NCBI GenBank assembly: GCA_005804965.1
Contig: SYOC01000222.1
Location: 1-63,798 of the forward strand
From: Pseudomonadota bacterium
GTDB taxonomy: Bacteria; Desulfobacterota; Binatia; Bin18
Length of the DNA stretch: 63,798 nt
Direction: 5' to 3'
Shown: positions 16,657-26,472 of the stretch, piece by piece
Numbering within the stretch: position 1 is the first letter of the stretch
How the letters are laid out: each line of letters starts with the position of its first letter
Notes under the pieces: model-generated
Database searches by the model: none
What the model saw: the letters and a program-made list of their open reading frames with translations, nothing else
What the model was told of the DNA's origin: nothing
Made by a program: the position numbers and the translations under genes

Positions 16657-17907
16657 ATGGAGACCCGTCCGACATCGCTACTGCCTGAACAATTTGGACC
16701 GCTGCAAGGGGTACGTATTCTTTCGACCGGCAGCCTCATTGCCCAGCCTTACGCCGCTGCACTGGCAGCGGAAATGGGAGCTGAAGTCATTCAGCTCGAA
16801 CGTCCAGGTGAGGGCGACGCGGCTTGGCGACACCTTGGCCGGCAACTGCCCACGAAAGATGGCAAAGGGTTGGCGGCTACCACGTGGATTCAGGAACGGC
16901 GGAATTCGTTCTATGCCACGCTCGATTTCAGTCGCCCCGAAGGCCGCGAGGTCTTTCTTAAGCTGCTCAAGGGCTGTGATATGTGGATGGAAAGTTCGAA
17001 GCCCGGTTCGTACACCAAGTGGGACCTCACCGATGACGTGGTGCTGCAAGCCAACCCCAAAATTGTCATCGTCCATGTCTCCGGCTACGGACAGACCGGG
17101 CATCCCGATTATCTGGGCCGCGCTTCTTATGACATGATCGGTCAGGCGTTTGGTGGACTCATGTATCAGACTGGGTTTCCTGACCCGGAGCCGCCAATTC
17201 GTGCCAACCCCTGGACGGCGGATTATATTACCGCGCTGTTTTGCCTGTGGTCTGCGCTCTCCGGCTACATCTACGCCCAGCGTACCGGCAAAGGGCAGGT
17301 CATCGACGTTTCCCAGTTCGAGTCGATTCATCGCCTGCTATCGGGCACGATGGTGGAGTATTTCACTGATGGCTTCGTGCGCCAGCGCTCTGGCAACAAG
17401 GCTACGGCGTTTCAGCCCTACGATGCATTTCAAGCGAGCGACGGCTGGGTGGTGATTGGTGCAGTTGGTTATGCGGTGTTTTCGCGCGTCTGTCCTGTCA
17501 TCGGCCTCGACCCCAGTGAAGAAAAGTGGAAGATCGCGAGTTCCGATGTGAATTCCATCGAAGGGATCGAGTTCGACGCCATTTTGCGCGGTTGGGTGGC
17601 AGAGCACACCGCCCAGGAAGTGATCGAGGCGATGAACGCCGCGCAAGTTGCTTGCTGTCCGATCATGAACAGCCAGGACATGGCCGAGGACCCGCATTAT
17701 CAAGCGCGCGGCCTCCATGTGGAGTGGGAAGACGAGCAGGTCGGCAAAGTCAAAGGCACGGGGATAACGCCATCCTTCTCGCTGACTCCCGGGAAAATCT
17801 GGCGTGGCTCAGTCCCGGTCGGCCACGACAACGAGCAAGTCTACACCCATTTTGCCGGACTCTCTTCTGCTGATATCGCCCAGTTGAAAGAGAAAGGCGT
17901 TATCTAA
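16657..17907 (+). CDS. family III CoA-transferase (CaiB/BaiF-like)
   Basis: GPLQGVRILSTGSLIAQPYAAALAAEMGAEVIQLERP is typical. AAGGAGGAG RBS upstream. Confidence 0.85.
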   Translation: METRPTSLLPEQFGPLQGVRILSTGSLIAQPYAAALAAEMGAEVIQLERPGEGDAAWRHLGRQLPTKDGKGLAATTWIQERRNSFYATLDFSRPEGREVFLKLLKGCDMWMESSKPGSYTKWDLTDDVVLQANPKIVIVHVSGYGQTGHPDYLGRASYDMIGQAFGGLMYQTGFPDPEPPIRANPWTADYITALFCLWSALSGYIYAQRTGKGQVIDVSQFESIHRLLSGTMVEYFTDGFVRQRSGNKATAFQPYDAFQASDGWVVIGAVGYAVFSRVCPVIGLDPSEEKWKIASSDVNSIEGIEFDAILRGWVAEHTAQEVIEAMNAAQVACCPIMNSQDMAEDPHYQARGLHVEWEDEQVGKVKGTGITPSFSLTPGKIWRGSVPVGHDNEQVYTHFAGLSSADIAQLKEKGVI

Positions 17908-17908
17908 C

Positions 17909-17999
17909 GATGAATGCAGAATGATGAATGCAGAATTCAGAGACAACTAATTGTTCTTTCTTCTGTCTTCAATTCATAATTCATCATTCATAATTCATC
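17909..17999. repeat. AT-rich composite repeat: two 14-bp tandem doublets in inverted orientation
   Basis: (gatgaatgcagaat)x2 lies at 17909-17936 and (attcataattcatc)x2 at 17972-17999. The units are 11/14 complementary and are separated by 35 nt. Confidence 0.8.
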
Positions 18000-18008
18000 A
18001 TTTCTCCT

Positions 18009-18929
18009 ATGTCCCTGCTCGAAATTCACGACTTGCGCAAGCGCTACGGTGCGGTCGATGCCTTGAAAGGTGTTTCGCTTGCCGTCGAGCGCGGCGAGTT
18101 CTTTGGACTGCTGGGGCCAAACGGCGCCGGGAAATCCACCACCATCAATATCTTGCTGGGGCTGATCCTCGCCGATAGTGGCACCATCCGTATTTTCGGG
18201 GAGGACTTTGCCACGCGGCAGACGGCGATTCGTCGGCGTATGAACGTGGCCGCCGCGTTTACCAGCCTGAGCGGCGTGCTGACTGTGCGTGAGAACCTCA
18301 AAGTTTACGGCGGCATCTATGGCGTGAACAATCTCAACGCCAAGATTGATGAGCTGTTAGAGCGCTTCGAGATTACTGACCTCGCCAACCGCAAGCTCCA
18401 GTATTTGAGTTCCGGCCAACATACCCGGGTGACGCTGTGCAAAGGGCTGATTAACGACCCGGAGTTGCTCCTCTTGGATGAATGCACGCTGGGCTTAGAC
18501 CCGGACATCGCCGAGAAAACCCGCCGTGCGCTGCAAGAGTTTCAACGCGAGAAATTGACAACCATTATCTTCACCTCTCACAACATGAACGAAGTGGAAG
18601 AGCTGTGCGGGCGCATTGCTTTTCTGAGCAAAGGCGAGATTCTCCGCATAGACACCGCCGCACGCATCAAGGGCTTGATTCCGCAGCAGATTCTCGAAGT
18701 GCGGTTTCAGCCTGGGGAAGATCTTGAAGCGGTGCGACATCTCGACGGCGGATTCTCGCCACAGCACACCGGAGATTCAACCTTTCGTTTTGTGCTCGAC
18801 GAGCCGGAAACCCAGCTCGACGCGATTATGCAACGACTCGTGCAAACTGGTGCCCGCATCGCTGACCTCCAGATGACTCGCCCCACGTTGGAAGACGTGT
18901 TCATCAAAGTGGCGAGAGGGGAAATTTGA
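18009..18929 (+). CDS. ABC transporter ATP-binding protein
   Basis: Walker A is GPNGAGKST, the signature is LSSGQHTR and Walker B is LLLLDE. Confidence 0.9.
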   Translation: MSLLEIHDLRKRYGAVDALKGVSLAVERGEFFGLLGPNGAGKSTTINILLGLILADSGTIRIFGEDFATRQTAIRRRMNVAAAFTSLSGVLTVRENLKVYGGIYGVNNLNAKIDELLERFEITDLANRKLQYLSSGQHTRVTLCKGLINDPELLLLDECTLGLDPDIAEKTRRALQEFQREKLTTIIFTSHNMNEVEELCGRIAFLSKGEILRIDTAARIKGLIPQQILEVRFQPGEDLEAVRHLDGGFSPQHTGDSTFRFVLDEPETQLDAIMQRLVQTGARIADLQMTRPTLEDVFIKVARGEI

Positions 18930-18998
18930 AAATGGCTGATAGCTGTTAGCTATTAGCCAAAAACCAAGAACTAAAAGCCAAACGCTAAAAGCTATTTC

Positions 18999-19823
18999 AT
19001 GCGTTCTTCTCTCTTCCAAGAGCTAACCTGTTCTTCCTCAGCAATCTGGGGATTGGTGTACAAGTTCGTCTGCATTTGTTACCGCAGCCTGGATCGTATT
19101 TTTGACATCATCTATTGGCCGGTGATTTCCCTGATGTTGTGGGGGTTCACCAGCACGTTCGTCTCCGCCACGTCATCAGTTGCCGGAGTGATGGAATTTT
19201 TTCTTGGCGGTGCAGTGTTGTGGAGTTTGTTCTGGCGGGCGCAGACGGACGTGGGCACGTTCATCTTGGAGGATTTCTGGAGCCGCAACGTCTATAACAT
19301 GTTCGCGTCTCCCATCACGTCGCTAGAATTGTTCCTGGCGATTGCCATCATCGGGTTTCTCCGCTGCGTACTGAGTTTTGCTTTTCTCAGTTTGCTGGCG
19401 TGGTTGCTCTACGCTTTTAATATCTTCCACATCGGCGGGTTGGCACTGGGTGCGTTTACGACCGTGCTGCTCTTGTTTGGCTGGGTGATCGGGATTGTCA
19501 TTGCTGCGCTCATTTTCCGTTATGGCCTACGCATTCAGGTGTTGGCGTGGTCTGTCGGCTTTCTCATCCAGCCTTTCAGTTGTGTCTTCTATCCGTTGGA
19601 GAGTATGCCGCGCTGGGTGCAGGTGATTGCCGTCACTCTGCCCACGACCCACGTCTTTGAAGGGCTACGTCATGCCATCGCTACCGGGGAGCTGGCGGTC
19701 GCGCCGCTTCTCACTGCCCTCGGCCTCACCATACTCTTGCTCATCGCGTCCTTGCTCTATTTTCATTATGCGCTGTTGCAAGCGAAACGGCTGGGGTTGC
19801 TGACGCGCTTCGAGATGGCGTAG
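18999..19823 (+). CDS. ABC-2-type transporter permease
   Basis: 274 aa and about 6 TM segments. It lies downstream of the ATPase gene. Confidence 0.8.
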   Translation: MRSSLFQELTCSSSAIWGLVYKFVCICYRSLDRIFDIIYWPVISLMLWGFTSTFVSATSSVAGVMEFFLGGAVLWSLFWRAQTDVGTFILEDFWSRNVYNMFASPITSLELFLAIAIIGFLRCVLSFAFLSLLAWLLYAFNIFHIGGLALGAFTTVLLLFGWVIGIVIAALIFRYGLRIQVLAWSVGFLIQPFSCVFYPLESMPRWVQVIAVTLPTTHVFEGLRHAIATGELAVAPLLTALGLTILLLIASLLYFHYALLQAKRLGLLTRFEMA

Positions 19824-19877
19824 GACCGGCACCTCGCCTGTGGTACGTATGGCGCAACACCTAGCAGGAGAATTGTC

Positions 19878-20795
19878 ATGCGCTTTGGTTTTCATGCTCT
19901 GAACTTGGGGCCGATTGCTACTCTAGCGTCCATTCAGCACGTGCTCGCCGCGTGTGAGCACCACAAGATCGATTCGATCTGGACCGGCGATCACATCATC
20001 AACGCCGACCAGATTGGCTCCACCTATCCGTATAGCCCTACGGGAAAATTTCCGCTCCCGCCCGAAGAACCTATTTTAGAGCCGCTCACCTTCATGGGAT
20101 ACGCAGCGGCACGAACGACCACGGTGCAGATTGGCGTCAGCGTATTGATCGTTCCTTATCGCAATCCAGTAGTGACCGCTCGTGCGCTCACCACGTTGGA
20201 TTTTCTTTCTCAAGGACGCATCATTGTCGGAATCGGTAGCGGCTGGATGAAGGAAGAATTCGACGCTTTGGGCGTGCCGTTTGCTGAACGTGGTGCGCAG
20301 ACCGATGAGTTCATTCAGATCTTCAAAGCTATCTGGACCAATCCCCGGCCACAATTCTCCGGTAAGTATCATCAATTCTCCGGCATCACCGCCTATCCAC
20401 AGCCGGTCCAGCGTCCCTACCCGCCCATTTGGGTAGGCGGAAACAGCAAGCGGGCGATGCGCCGCGCACTTGAGCTGGGAGATGGCTGGCAGCCCGGCTG
20501 GTCGAAACCCGACCAGTTCGCCCAGGAGATGCAGGACTTTTATCGTATCGCCGACCGGCTTGGGCGCGATCCCAAGACCGTGGAGATTTCTTTGATTCGT
20601 CCTATGCAGATTCTTGACCGTGCGGATGCCCACCGTCCGCTCATTGGCACCCCCGAGCAAATCGCTGCAGACATCCGCGAATATCAGCGGCTTGGTGTTT
20701 CGCACCTTGTCTTTGCCTTCCGCACCAGCACGATGGCGGAAACCGTAGAGACCGTTGAACGCTTCGCCACGCAGGTTCGTCCGTTACTGCAATGA
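19878..20795 (+). CDS. LLM-class F420-dependent oxidoreductase
   Basis: 305 aa with a typical TIGR03619-like layout (GRIIVGIGSGWMKEEF, PPIWVGGNS). Confidence 0.85.
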   Translation: MRFGFHALNLGPIATLASIQHVLAACEHHKIDSIWTGDHIINADQIGSTYPYSPTGKFPLPPEEPILEPLTFMGYAAARTTTVQIGVSVLIVPYRNPVVTARALTTLDFLSQGRIIVGIGSGWMKEEFDALGVPFAERGAQTDEFIQIFKAIWTNPRPQFSGKYHQFSGITAYPQPVQRPYPPIWVGGNSKRAMRRALELGDGWQPGWSKPDQFAQEMQDFYRIADRLGRDPKTVEISLIRPMQILDRADAHRPLIGTPEQIAADIREYQRLGVSHLVFAFRTSTMAETVETVERFATQVRPLLQ

Positions 20796-20866
20796 CGATT
20801 GCCTCTGATGAACAGCAAGAGGTCTTCTCTTCATCGTTCTGCATTCCTCATTTCTCTGGAGGTGTC

Positions 20867-21286
20867 ATGCCAGGAAAGCTTGCCGCGTTTCACGAATTCC
20901 GTTCGCGCATGAATGAAAAGCTGCTCAGCAAGGGCAATTTGCAGCTTAAACGCTTCTTCAATCTCGATTCGCAAGTCTACACGGATGGAGCCTTGCCCGG
21001 CCGTACCAAGGAGTTGATGGGGTTGGTGGCGTCGGCAGTGCTGCGCTGCGATGACTGCATCACCTACCACATGATTCAATGTGCTGAGGCTGGTGTCAGC
21101 GACGAAGAATTTTTCGAGACGTTTAACGTCATTCTGATTGTCGGCGGTTCGATTACCATCCCGCATATCCGTCGCGCAGTCGAGACATTGGAAGAGTTGC
21201 GCGCAGGCCAGAGCGAACGCAGCGAAGCGGTGCCGACAGTGACCAAGAGAAAAGGCAAACAGCCCAAACAAGGAAAAGGAAGATGA
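20867..21286 (+). CDS. carboxymuconolactone decarboxylase-family (AhpD-like) protein
   Basis: CDDCITYH CxxC motif. The ATG at 20867 follows GGAGG. Confidence 0.8.
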   Translation: MPGKLAAFHEFRSRMNEKLLSKGNLQLKRFFNLDSQVYTDGALPGRTKELMGLVASAVLRCDDCITYHMIQCAEAGVSDEEFFETFNVILIVGGSITIPHIRRAVETLEELRAGQSERSEAVPTVTKRKGKQPKQGKGR

Positions 21287-22773
21287 GAGCAATGAACAAA
21301 CGTATCGTGCTGTGGAGCTTGTTGGTGGTCGCTTCTTCCTTCGGTGGGGACGCTCTCTCGCCTCCAGTCTTTGCCGTTGATCCAGCGCCACCGGCAGTGC
21401 CAGCTCCGCCGCGCGTCAGCACCCTGGATAACCAGACCAATGTGTCATTGACGATCTACAACTCGAATCTCGGTCTCGTCAAAGACGTGCGTGACATCGA
21501 CCTCGGCGAAGGCGAGCAAGAGCTACGTTTTATGGACGTGGCTTCCGAAGTGATTCCCACCACCGTGCATGTCAAATCGCTGACTGATGCCCGTGGCTTG
21601 CAAGTGCTCGAACAGAATTACGAGTACGATCTCATTAGTCCGGAAAAGCTGCTGGAGAAGTATGTCGGCAAAGAAGTGAAGATCCTCGACAAGAACTACT
21701 ACACCGGCCAAGATCAGCTCACGACGGCGACCCTGCTTTCTACCAACGGTTCCCCGGTTTATCAGACTGACAACGAGATTCATGTCGGCTTACCCGGTCG
21801 TGTGATTCTGCCCCAGCTTCCCGAGAATTTGCTGTCCAAGCCCACGCTGGTGTGGCTGCTGCGCGGGGGAAAAGCTGGCAAACATAAAATCGAGGCCTCT
21901 TATCTGACGAACCAAATTACATGGTCGGCGGATTATATCGTGGTGTTGAATGCCGAAGACACCCAAGCCGATCTTTCGGGCTGGGTGTCGATTGATAATA
22001 AATCTGGTGCCACCTACAAAAATGCGACTTTGAAATTGGTAGCTGGGGATGTCCATCGCGTGCAGCCGCAAGCCGCCATGTATCAGCGTGCCCTGACGAT
22101 GGCTGACGGCGCGGGGGCACCAGAAGCCAAGCAGTTCACCGAGGAAAGTTTCTTCGAGTATCACCTCTACACCCTCGACCGCCCCGCCACCGTCAAGAGC
22201 AATCAAACCAAGCAGATGACCTTGCTCTCAGCCGCCAACATCCCTGTCGTGAAACGGTTCACCTTGCAAGGGCAGCAAGGTTACTTCATGAATCCCTACA
22301 GCCCGACAGACGAACTGCCGCCGGAGAAGGTCAGCGTGACGTTGGAGATCGAAAACGCGCAGAAGAACAACCTGGGCATGCCTCTGCCCAAAGGAACGGT
22401 GCGCGTGTACAAGGCCGACAAGGAAGGCAGCCTGCAATTTACCGGAGAAGACAGCATTGACCACACAGCAAAAGATGAACTCGTGAAAGTCAAAATGGGC
22501 GATGCCTTCGATGTGACCGGCCGGCGGAAGCAGACCGATTTCAAGCAGATTGCCCGAGGTGTGACGGAAATTGCTTGGGAGATTACCTTACGTAATCACA
22601 AGCCAGAGGCGGTGACCGTACGTGTGAACGAGCCGCTCTTTGGCGATTGGGAAGTGCTCTCTTCCTCGTTCAAGCACGAAAAAGTCGATGCTCACACCCT
22701 GCGCTTCGATGCGCCAGTGCCGAAAGATGGGGAAACGAAGATCACCTACCGCGTGCGGGTGAAGACGATGTAG
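21283..22773 (+). CDS. secreted DUF4139-domain protein
   Basis: Has a signal peptide. The pattern VSLTIYNSNLGLVKDVRDIDLGEGEQELRFMDVA...VIPTTVHVKS is typical of DUF4139. ATGA overlap with the previous gene. Confidence 0.7.
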   Translation: MRAMNKRIVLWSLLVVASSFGGDALSPPVFAVDPAPPAVPAPPRVSTLDNQTNVSLTIYNSNLGLVKDVRDIDLGEGEQELRFMDVASEVIPTTVHVKSLTDARGLQVLEQNYEYDLISPEKLLEKYVGKEVKILDKNYYTGQDQLTTATLLSTNGSPVYQTDNEIHVGLPGRVILPQLPENLLSKPTLVWLLRGGKAGKHKIEASYLTNQITWSADYIVVLNAEDTQADLSGWVSIDNKSGATYKNATLKLVAGDVHRVQPQAAMYQRALTMADGAGAPEAKQFTEESFFEYHLYTLDRPATVKSNQTKQMTLLSAANIPVVKRFTLQGQQGYFMNPYSPTDELPPEKVSVTLEIENAQKNNLGMPLPKGTVRVYKADKEGSLQFTGEDSIDHTAKDELVKVKMGDAFDVTGRRKQTDFKQIARGVTEIAWEITLRNHKPEAVTVRVNEPLFGDWEVLSSSFKHEKVDAHTLRFDAPVPKDGETKITYRVRVKTM

Positions 22774-22832
22774 CAGCATGAAACTCAACACGCCACTTAT
22801 TGGGACTCCACGGCTGAGCAACTAGCAGACTG

Positions 22833-23843
22833 CTACGCCAGGACCTGAGGCTCGTGTGCTGCTAGCCAGTGTTCAAGGTCGGCAACGTTACTGAAGTCGA
22901 GCAACGCCTCGCCGAGGTTCTCCAACTGCGCAACGCTCAAACTCGCCACCTGCTTGACAAGAGCGGATGGCAATTCTCCACAACGTCTGCGTAGCAGGCG
23001 GAGAATCAAGACCGCTCCTTCTTCCTGTGCGCCTTCAGCGAATACATCTTGATAAAAACGGGTCTGCTTGAGAGTAATGTCCGTCAGTCCTAACATAGTC
23101 TGGATCCCCTGCCGACTCAGTTTCGGAAGTTTGTACACAAGGATGGCTTCTACCAGCTCTACTATGGCCGCCGTTTGTTCAGTGTCAACCGACTCCTGTC
23201 GCACCCGCGCCACGACAGCTTGCGCTTCAAGTATGGCTTGCCGAGGATCGGCCAAGATGACGGCCATGAGATGCTGGGTGAGAGTTTGTCGTGAGCGTGC
23301 CCATTCGTCCAGATACACGCGCGTAACCTGTCCACTCTTCAGGAGCGCCATGTAATGGGGATGCTCGCCCGAGTCCATGCCTCGAGAGGGGTAGATGACC
23401 ACGGCGTGCCAGGGTTGTGCCGGGCGATGCTGGTGCAGATAGAGAAAGATTTCGGCGAACAAACGGGCATAGAAATTGGGGTCAGGTTGAAACTGGACCT
23501 CAATGAAAAACAATGGCCAGTCGAGCTGGTCTTCCGGAGGGGCAAAAACACCATCGAGACGGAAAGCGGTAGTGGTTCAATTTGATTCATTCCCATGTCT
23601 TCGTAGGGGCGGCCCAGCGTGGCCGCCCGGCAAAAGGGCACCCACATAGAGGTGCCCCTACAAGACAAGACGAAACTGTACCACTACCCGGAAGGCGGTT
23701 TGCTTGAGTTCCACTGACGTGAAGCGATAGGCGTTAGCATGTTCCGCCGGCCGTCCGATGAAGTCGAACAGCAGGCGAGGCAAAGTCTGAAACAAGCGAT
23801 AAAAGAGTGTGTCGGTTTTCACGTGAACGGCTATTCCTAGCAA
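22833..23843 (-). pseudogene. Rpn-family recombination-promoting nuclease/putative transposase (DUF4351 C-terminus), interrupted by a MITE
   Basis: The N-terminal piece (23658..23843) reads TDTLFYRLFQTLPRLLFDFIG...YRFTSVELKQTAFR. The C-terminal piece (22833..23558) reads AFRLDGVFAPPEDQLDWPLFFIEVQFQPDPNFYARLFAEIF... The two fragments abut the 121-bp insert and join in frame once it is removed. Confidence 0.75.
23568..23688. mobile_element. MITE copy 1 (121 bp)
   Basis: Terminal inverted repeats GGTAGTGGTTCAATTTGAT and (reverse complement) GTAGTGGTACAGTTTCGT. It has internal GC-rich hairpins and is 114/120 identical to the copy at 33395. The flanking 9-mers are acggaaagc and ccggaaggc (7/9). 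Confidence 0.8.
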
Positions 23844-23902
23844 GCTAGCATACCATACGGCTGCATTCGTTATTGTCTACAGGAGGAGGAAATTTTCGTC
23901 AT

Positions 23903-24589
23903 ATGCCCACGAAGAAAAAGATCCCCACTGCGCCGGTGCGCATTGCCCACCCGGCCACCATTCGTGCGTTTCAGCGCCGCTTGATCGCGTGGTACAACCA
24001 ACACGGCCGCGATTTGCCGTGGCGGCGTACGCGTGATCCCTACGCCATTCTGGTCTCTGAAGTGATGCTTCAGCAGACGCAAGTGTCGCGGGCGATGCTC
24101 TACTATGAACGTTTCTTGGAACGCTACCCGACGGTGGAAGAGCTAGCGCGTGCTGATGAAGGCGAGGTGCGCGAGACCTGGGAAGGGCTGGGCTACTACC
24201 GGCGTGTACGCAATCTTCAGCGGGCCTCGCAGGAGATTGTCGAGAAGCATGAGAGCCAATTCCCCACTAGTCATGAAGAACTGACCGCATTGCCGGGGAT
24301 CGGCGACTACACTGCCGGAGCCGTGCGCAGTTTCGCGTTTCACCATGACGCTGCCATCTTGGATACCAATGCCGCTCGGGTGCTGACGCGACTGTTCGCG
24401 CTGCCGCCGGCTCAGCAAACTGATCGCTTCCTGTGGAGCGTGGCCCATGCCGTGACGCCCGCAGGTCAGGCCCCGGACTTTAATCAGGCGATCATGGACT
24501 TGGGAGCGACGATCTGTAATGCGCGAACGCCGCGTTGCGGTGAGTGCCCTGTCCGCACATTGTGTCGCAGCGCACCGTCACGACCTTGA
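23903..24589 (+). CDS. MutY-like HhH-GPD adenine DNA glycosylase, catalytic domain only
   Basis: Carries LPWRRTRDPYAILVSEVMLQQTQV, GLGYYRRVRNL, GIGDYTAG and the 4Fe-4S loop CNARTPRCGECPVRTLC. At only about 228 aa it has no C-terminal NUDIX-like domain. Confidence 0.75.
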   Translation: MPTKKKIPTAPVRIAHPATIRAFQRRLIAWYNQHGRDLPWRRTRDPYAILVSEVMLQQTQVSRAMLYYERFLERYPTVEELARADEGEVRETWEGLGYYRRVRNLQRASQEIVEKHESQFPTSHEELTALPGIGDYTAGAVRSFAFHHDAAILDTNAARVLTRLFALPPAQQTDRFLWSVAHAVTPAGQAPDFNQAIMDLGATICNARTPRCGECPVRTLCRSAPSRP

Positions 24590-24658
24590 CAAGCGGAAGC
24601 GAAGGTGATGACGCTGGATGCAGACTCGATAAAAGCGAAGAAAAAAGGAGGGCCTTTC

Positions 24659-26341
24659 ATGGCTTATGATCTGTTGATTAAGAATGGAACCGTGGTCGAT
24701 GGCACAGGCGCACCGCAGTATCGCGCCGATGTTGCCGTAGCCAACGGCAAGATTGCCGAGATCGGTAAAATTTCAGGCGGTGCCAAACAGACGATTGATG
24801 CCTCGGACTTGATCGTTGCTCCGGGGTTTATCGACCCGCACACGCACTATGATGCGCAGATTTGCTGGGACCCGTTGATGACTTCTTCTTCTTGGCACGG
24901 CGTAACCAGCCTCGTGATGGGCAACTGTGGCGTCGGCATCGCCCCGTGCAAGCCAGAAGTACGTGAAGTCGCGGCCTGGGATCTCGTCAACGTCGAAGCG
25001 ATTCCGTTTGACGTGCTGACCAAGGGGATTAAGTGGGAATGGGAAACCTTCCCGCAGTACATGGATGCCGCAGCCAAGCGCGGCTCTGGCATCAACCTGG
25101 GATTTCTCGCGCCGCTCACACCCTTTCGCCACTTTGTGATGGGCGAAGAGTCAATGGACCGTGCGGCCACGCCGGAAGAGACGGCGAAGATCAAAGCCCT
25201 GATTAAGGAAGCTGTCGCCGCTGGCGCGATGGGATTCACCACCAGCTTTATTGCGCAGCACATCGGCTACAAAGGCCGGCCCTTGGCCTGCCGACAAGCA
25301 GATTCCGCCGAGTTCAAAGCCTACAGCAATGCGCTGAAAGAACTCGGCAAAGGCAGCATTGAGCTAGCGCTGACCAACGACATTTCCGTGGTAGACGAGC
25401 GCGAATATGCTCTGCTCGACTTGCTGCTTACCGAGAGCGGACGCCCGGTCACGTGGCTGGCATTGCTCAATCGTGACGATAAGCCGAATGCTTGCCAAGA
25501 GACCTTGCGCACCACGGCGGCACTGTGTCAGAAGGGTGCTGTCCCGCAGGTGAGCTGCCGCCCGCTGATTATCCAAATTGACCTGCGCTCTCCTTTTATC
25601 TTCTCGAACATTCCGTGCTGGAGCCCGGCGTTCCAACGTCCGGTGGAAGAACAGAAACAGTTCTACCGTGATTCTTCGTTCCGTGCGGAGTTCCGTAAAG
25701 CCATGGAAACGCCGAAAGTCTTCTCCGGGCGCTGGGACCGCGCGGTCGTGCATGAAGTTGGTAGCCCAGCGATGCGCTCGTTGGTCGGCAAGAGCGTGGC
25801 GCAGATTGCCAAAGAGCGCGGCAAAGACGGACTCGACACCTTCTTGGATCTCGCCATCGAAGATGACTTGCAGTTGCAGTACACCTACGAACTCTTCAAC
25901 GCCACCGAAGAGCGCATTCCGGATCTCATCACCGATCCGCGCGTGATGGTCGGCTTGTCCGACGGTGGAGCGCATGTCGATATGCTGTGCGACGCTGGGT
26001 ATGCGACCTATCTGCTCGGCACTTGGGTGCGCGAAAAGAGCGTACTGACTCTAGAGCATGCGGTGAAACGGCTGACGACTGAGCCAGCAGCATTCTTTGG
26101 CATCACGCAGCGCGGCAAGATTCAGCAGGGGTTGGCCGCTGACTTTGCTATTTTTGACCTCAAGACGGTGGGGTCCAGAAAACGGGGCGAGATGCGCAAT
26201 GATCTGCCCGGCGGTGGCCGACGGTTGGTGATGCCAGCGCAAGGCGTAGAATACACCGTCGTCAACGGTGCGGTGCTCTACGAACACGGCAAGCACACCG
26301 GCACGATGCCGGGGCAAGTGCTACGCTCCGGGCAAGCGTAA
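24659..26341 (+). CDS. N-acyl-D-amino-acid deacylase-family amidohydrolase
   Basis: MAYDLLIKNGTVVDGTGAP...VAPGFIDPHTHYD is typical. The ATG at 24659 follows AAAGGAGGG. Confidence 0.85.
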   Translation: MAYDLLIKNGTVVDGTGAPQYRADVAVANGKIAEIGKISGGAKQTIDASDLIVAPGFIDPHTHYDAQICWDPLMTSSSWHGVTSLVMGNCGVGIAPCKPEVREVAAWDLVNVEAIPFDVLTKGIKWEWETFPQYMDAAAKRGSGINLGFLAPLTPFRHFVMGEESMDRAATPEETAKIKALIKEAVAAGAMGFTTSFIAQHIGYKGRPLACRQADSAEFKAYSNALKELGKGSIELALTNDISVVDEREYALLDLLLTESGRPVTWLALLNRDDKPNACQETLRTTAALCQKGAVPQVSCRPLIIQIDLRSPFIFSNIPCWSPAFQRPVEEQKQFYRDSSFRAEFRKAMETPKVFSGRWDRAVVHEVGSPAMRSLVGKSVAQIAKERGKDGLDTFLDLAIEDDLQLQYTYELFNATEERIPDLITDPRVMVGLSDGGAHVDMLCDAGYATYLLGTWVREKSVLTLEHAVKRLTTEPAAFFGITQRGKIQQGLAADFAIFDLKTVGSRKRGEMRNDLPGGGRRLVMPAQGVEYTVVNGAVLYEHGKHTGTMPGQVLRSGQA

Positions 26342-26381
26342 GATCTCTCTCAACCTCTTCAGTCATTTCCTAAAAAAGTAG

Positions 26382-26401
26382 GGACACGGAATGCCGTGTC
26401 C
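26382..26401 (+). terminator. stem-loop downstream of the amidohydrolase gene
   Basis: ggacacgg-aatg-ccgtgtcc forms an 8-bp stem. It has an A6 tract before it and only a weak T tract after it. Confidence 0.3.
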
Positions 26402-26472
26402 TTATGCCCTTACGTAAGATCAAACGCAAGCATACTTCTGTTTAGTTATACCAAACGATAGTATGCCGACTT

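Noticed and set aside
23339-23668. 109-aa ORF, and its look-alike at 33217..33495, sharing MSCRGT.MWVPFC..A...GRPYED.GMNQIEPLP
   Set aside because: The shared peptide is simply the translation of the two MITE copies, and the flanking parts are unrelated. This is not a gene family.
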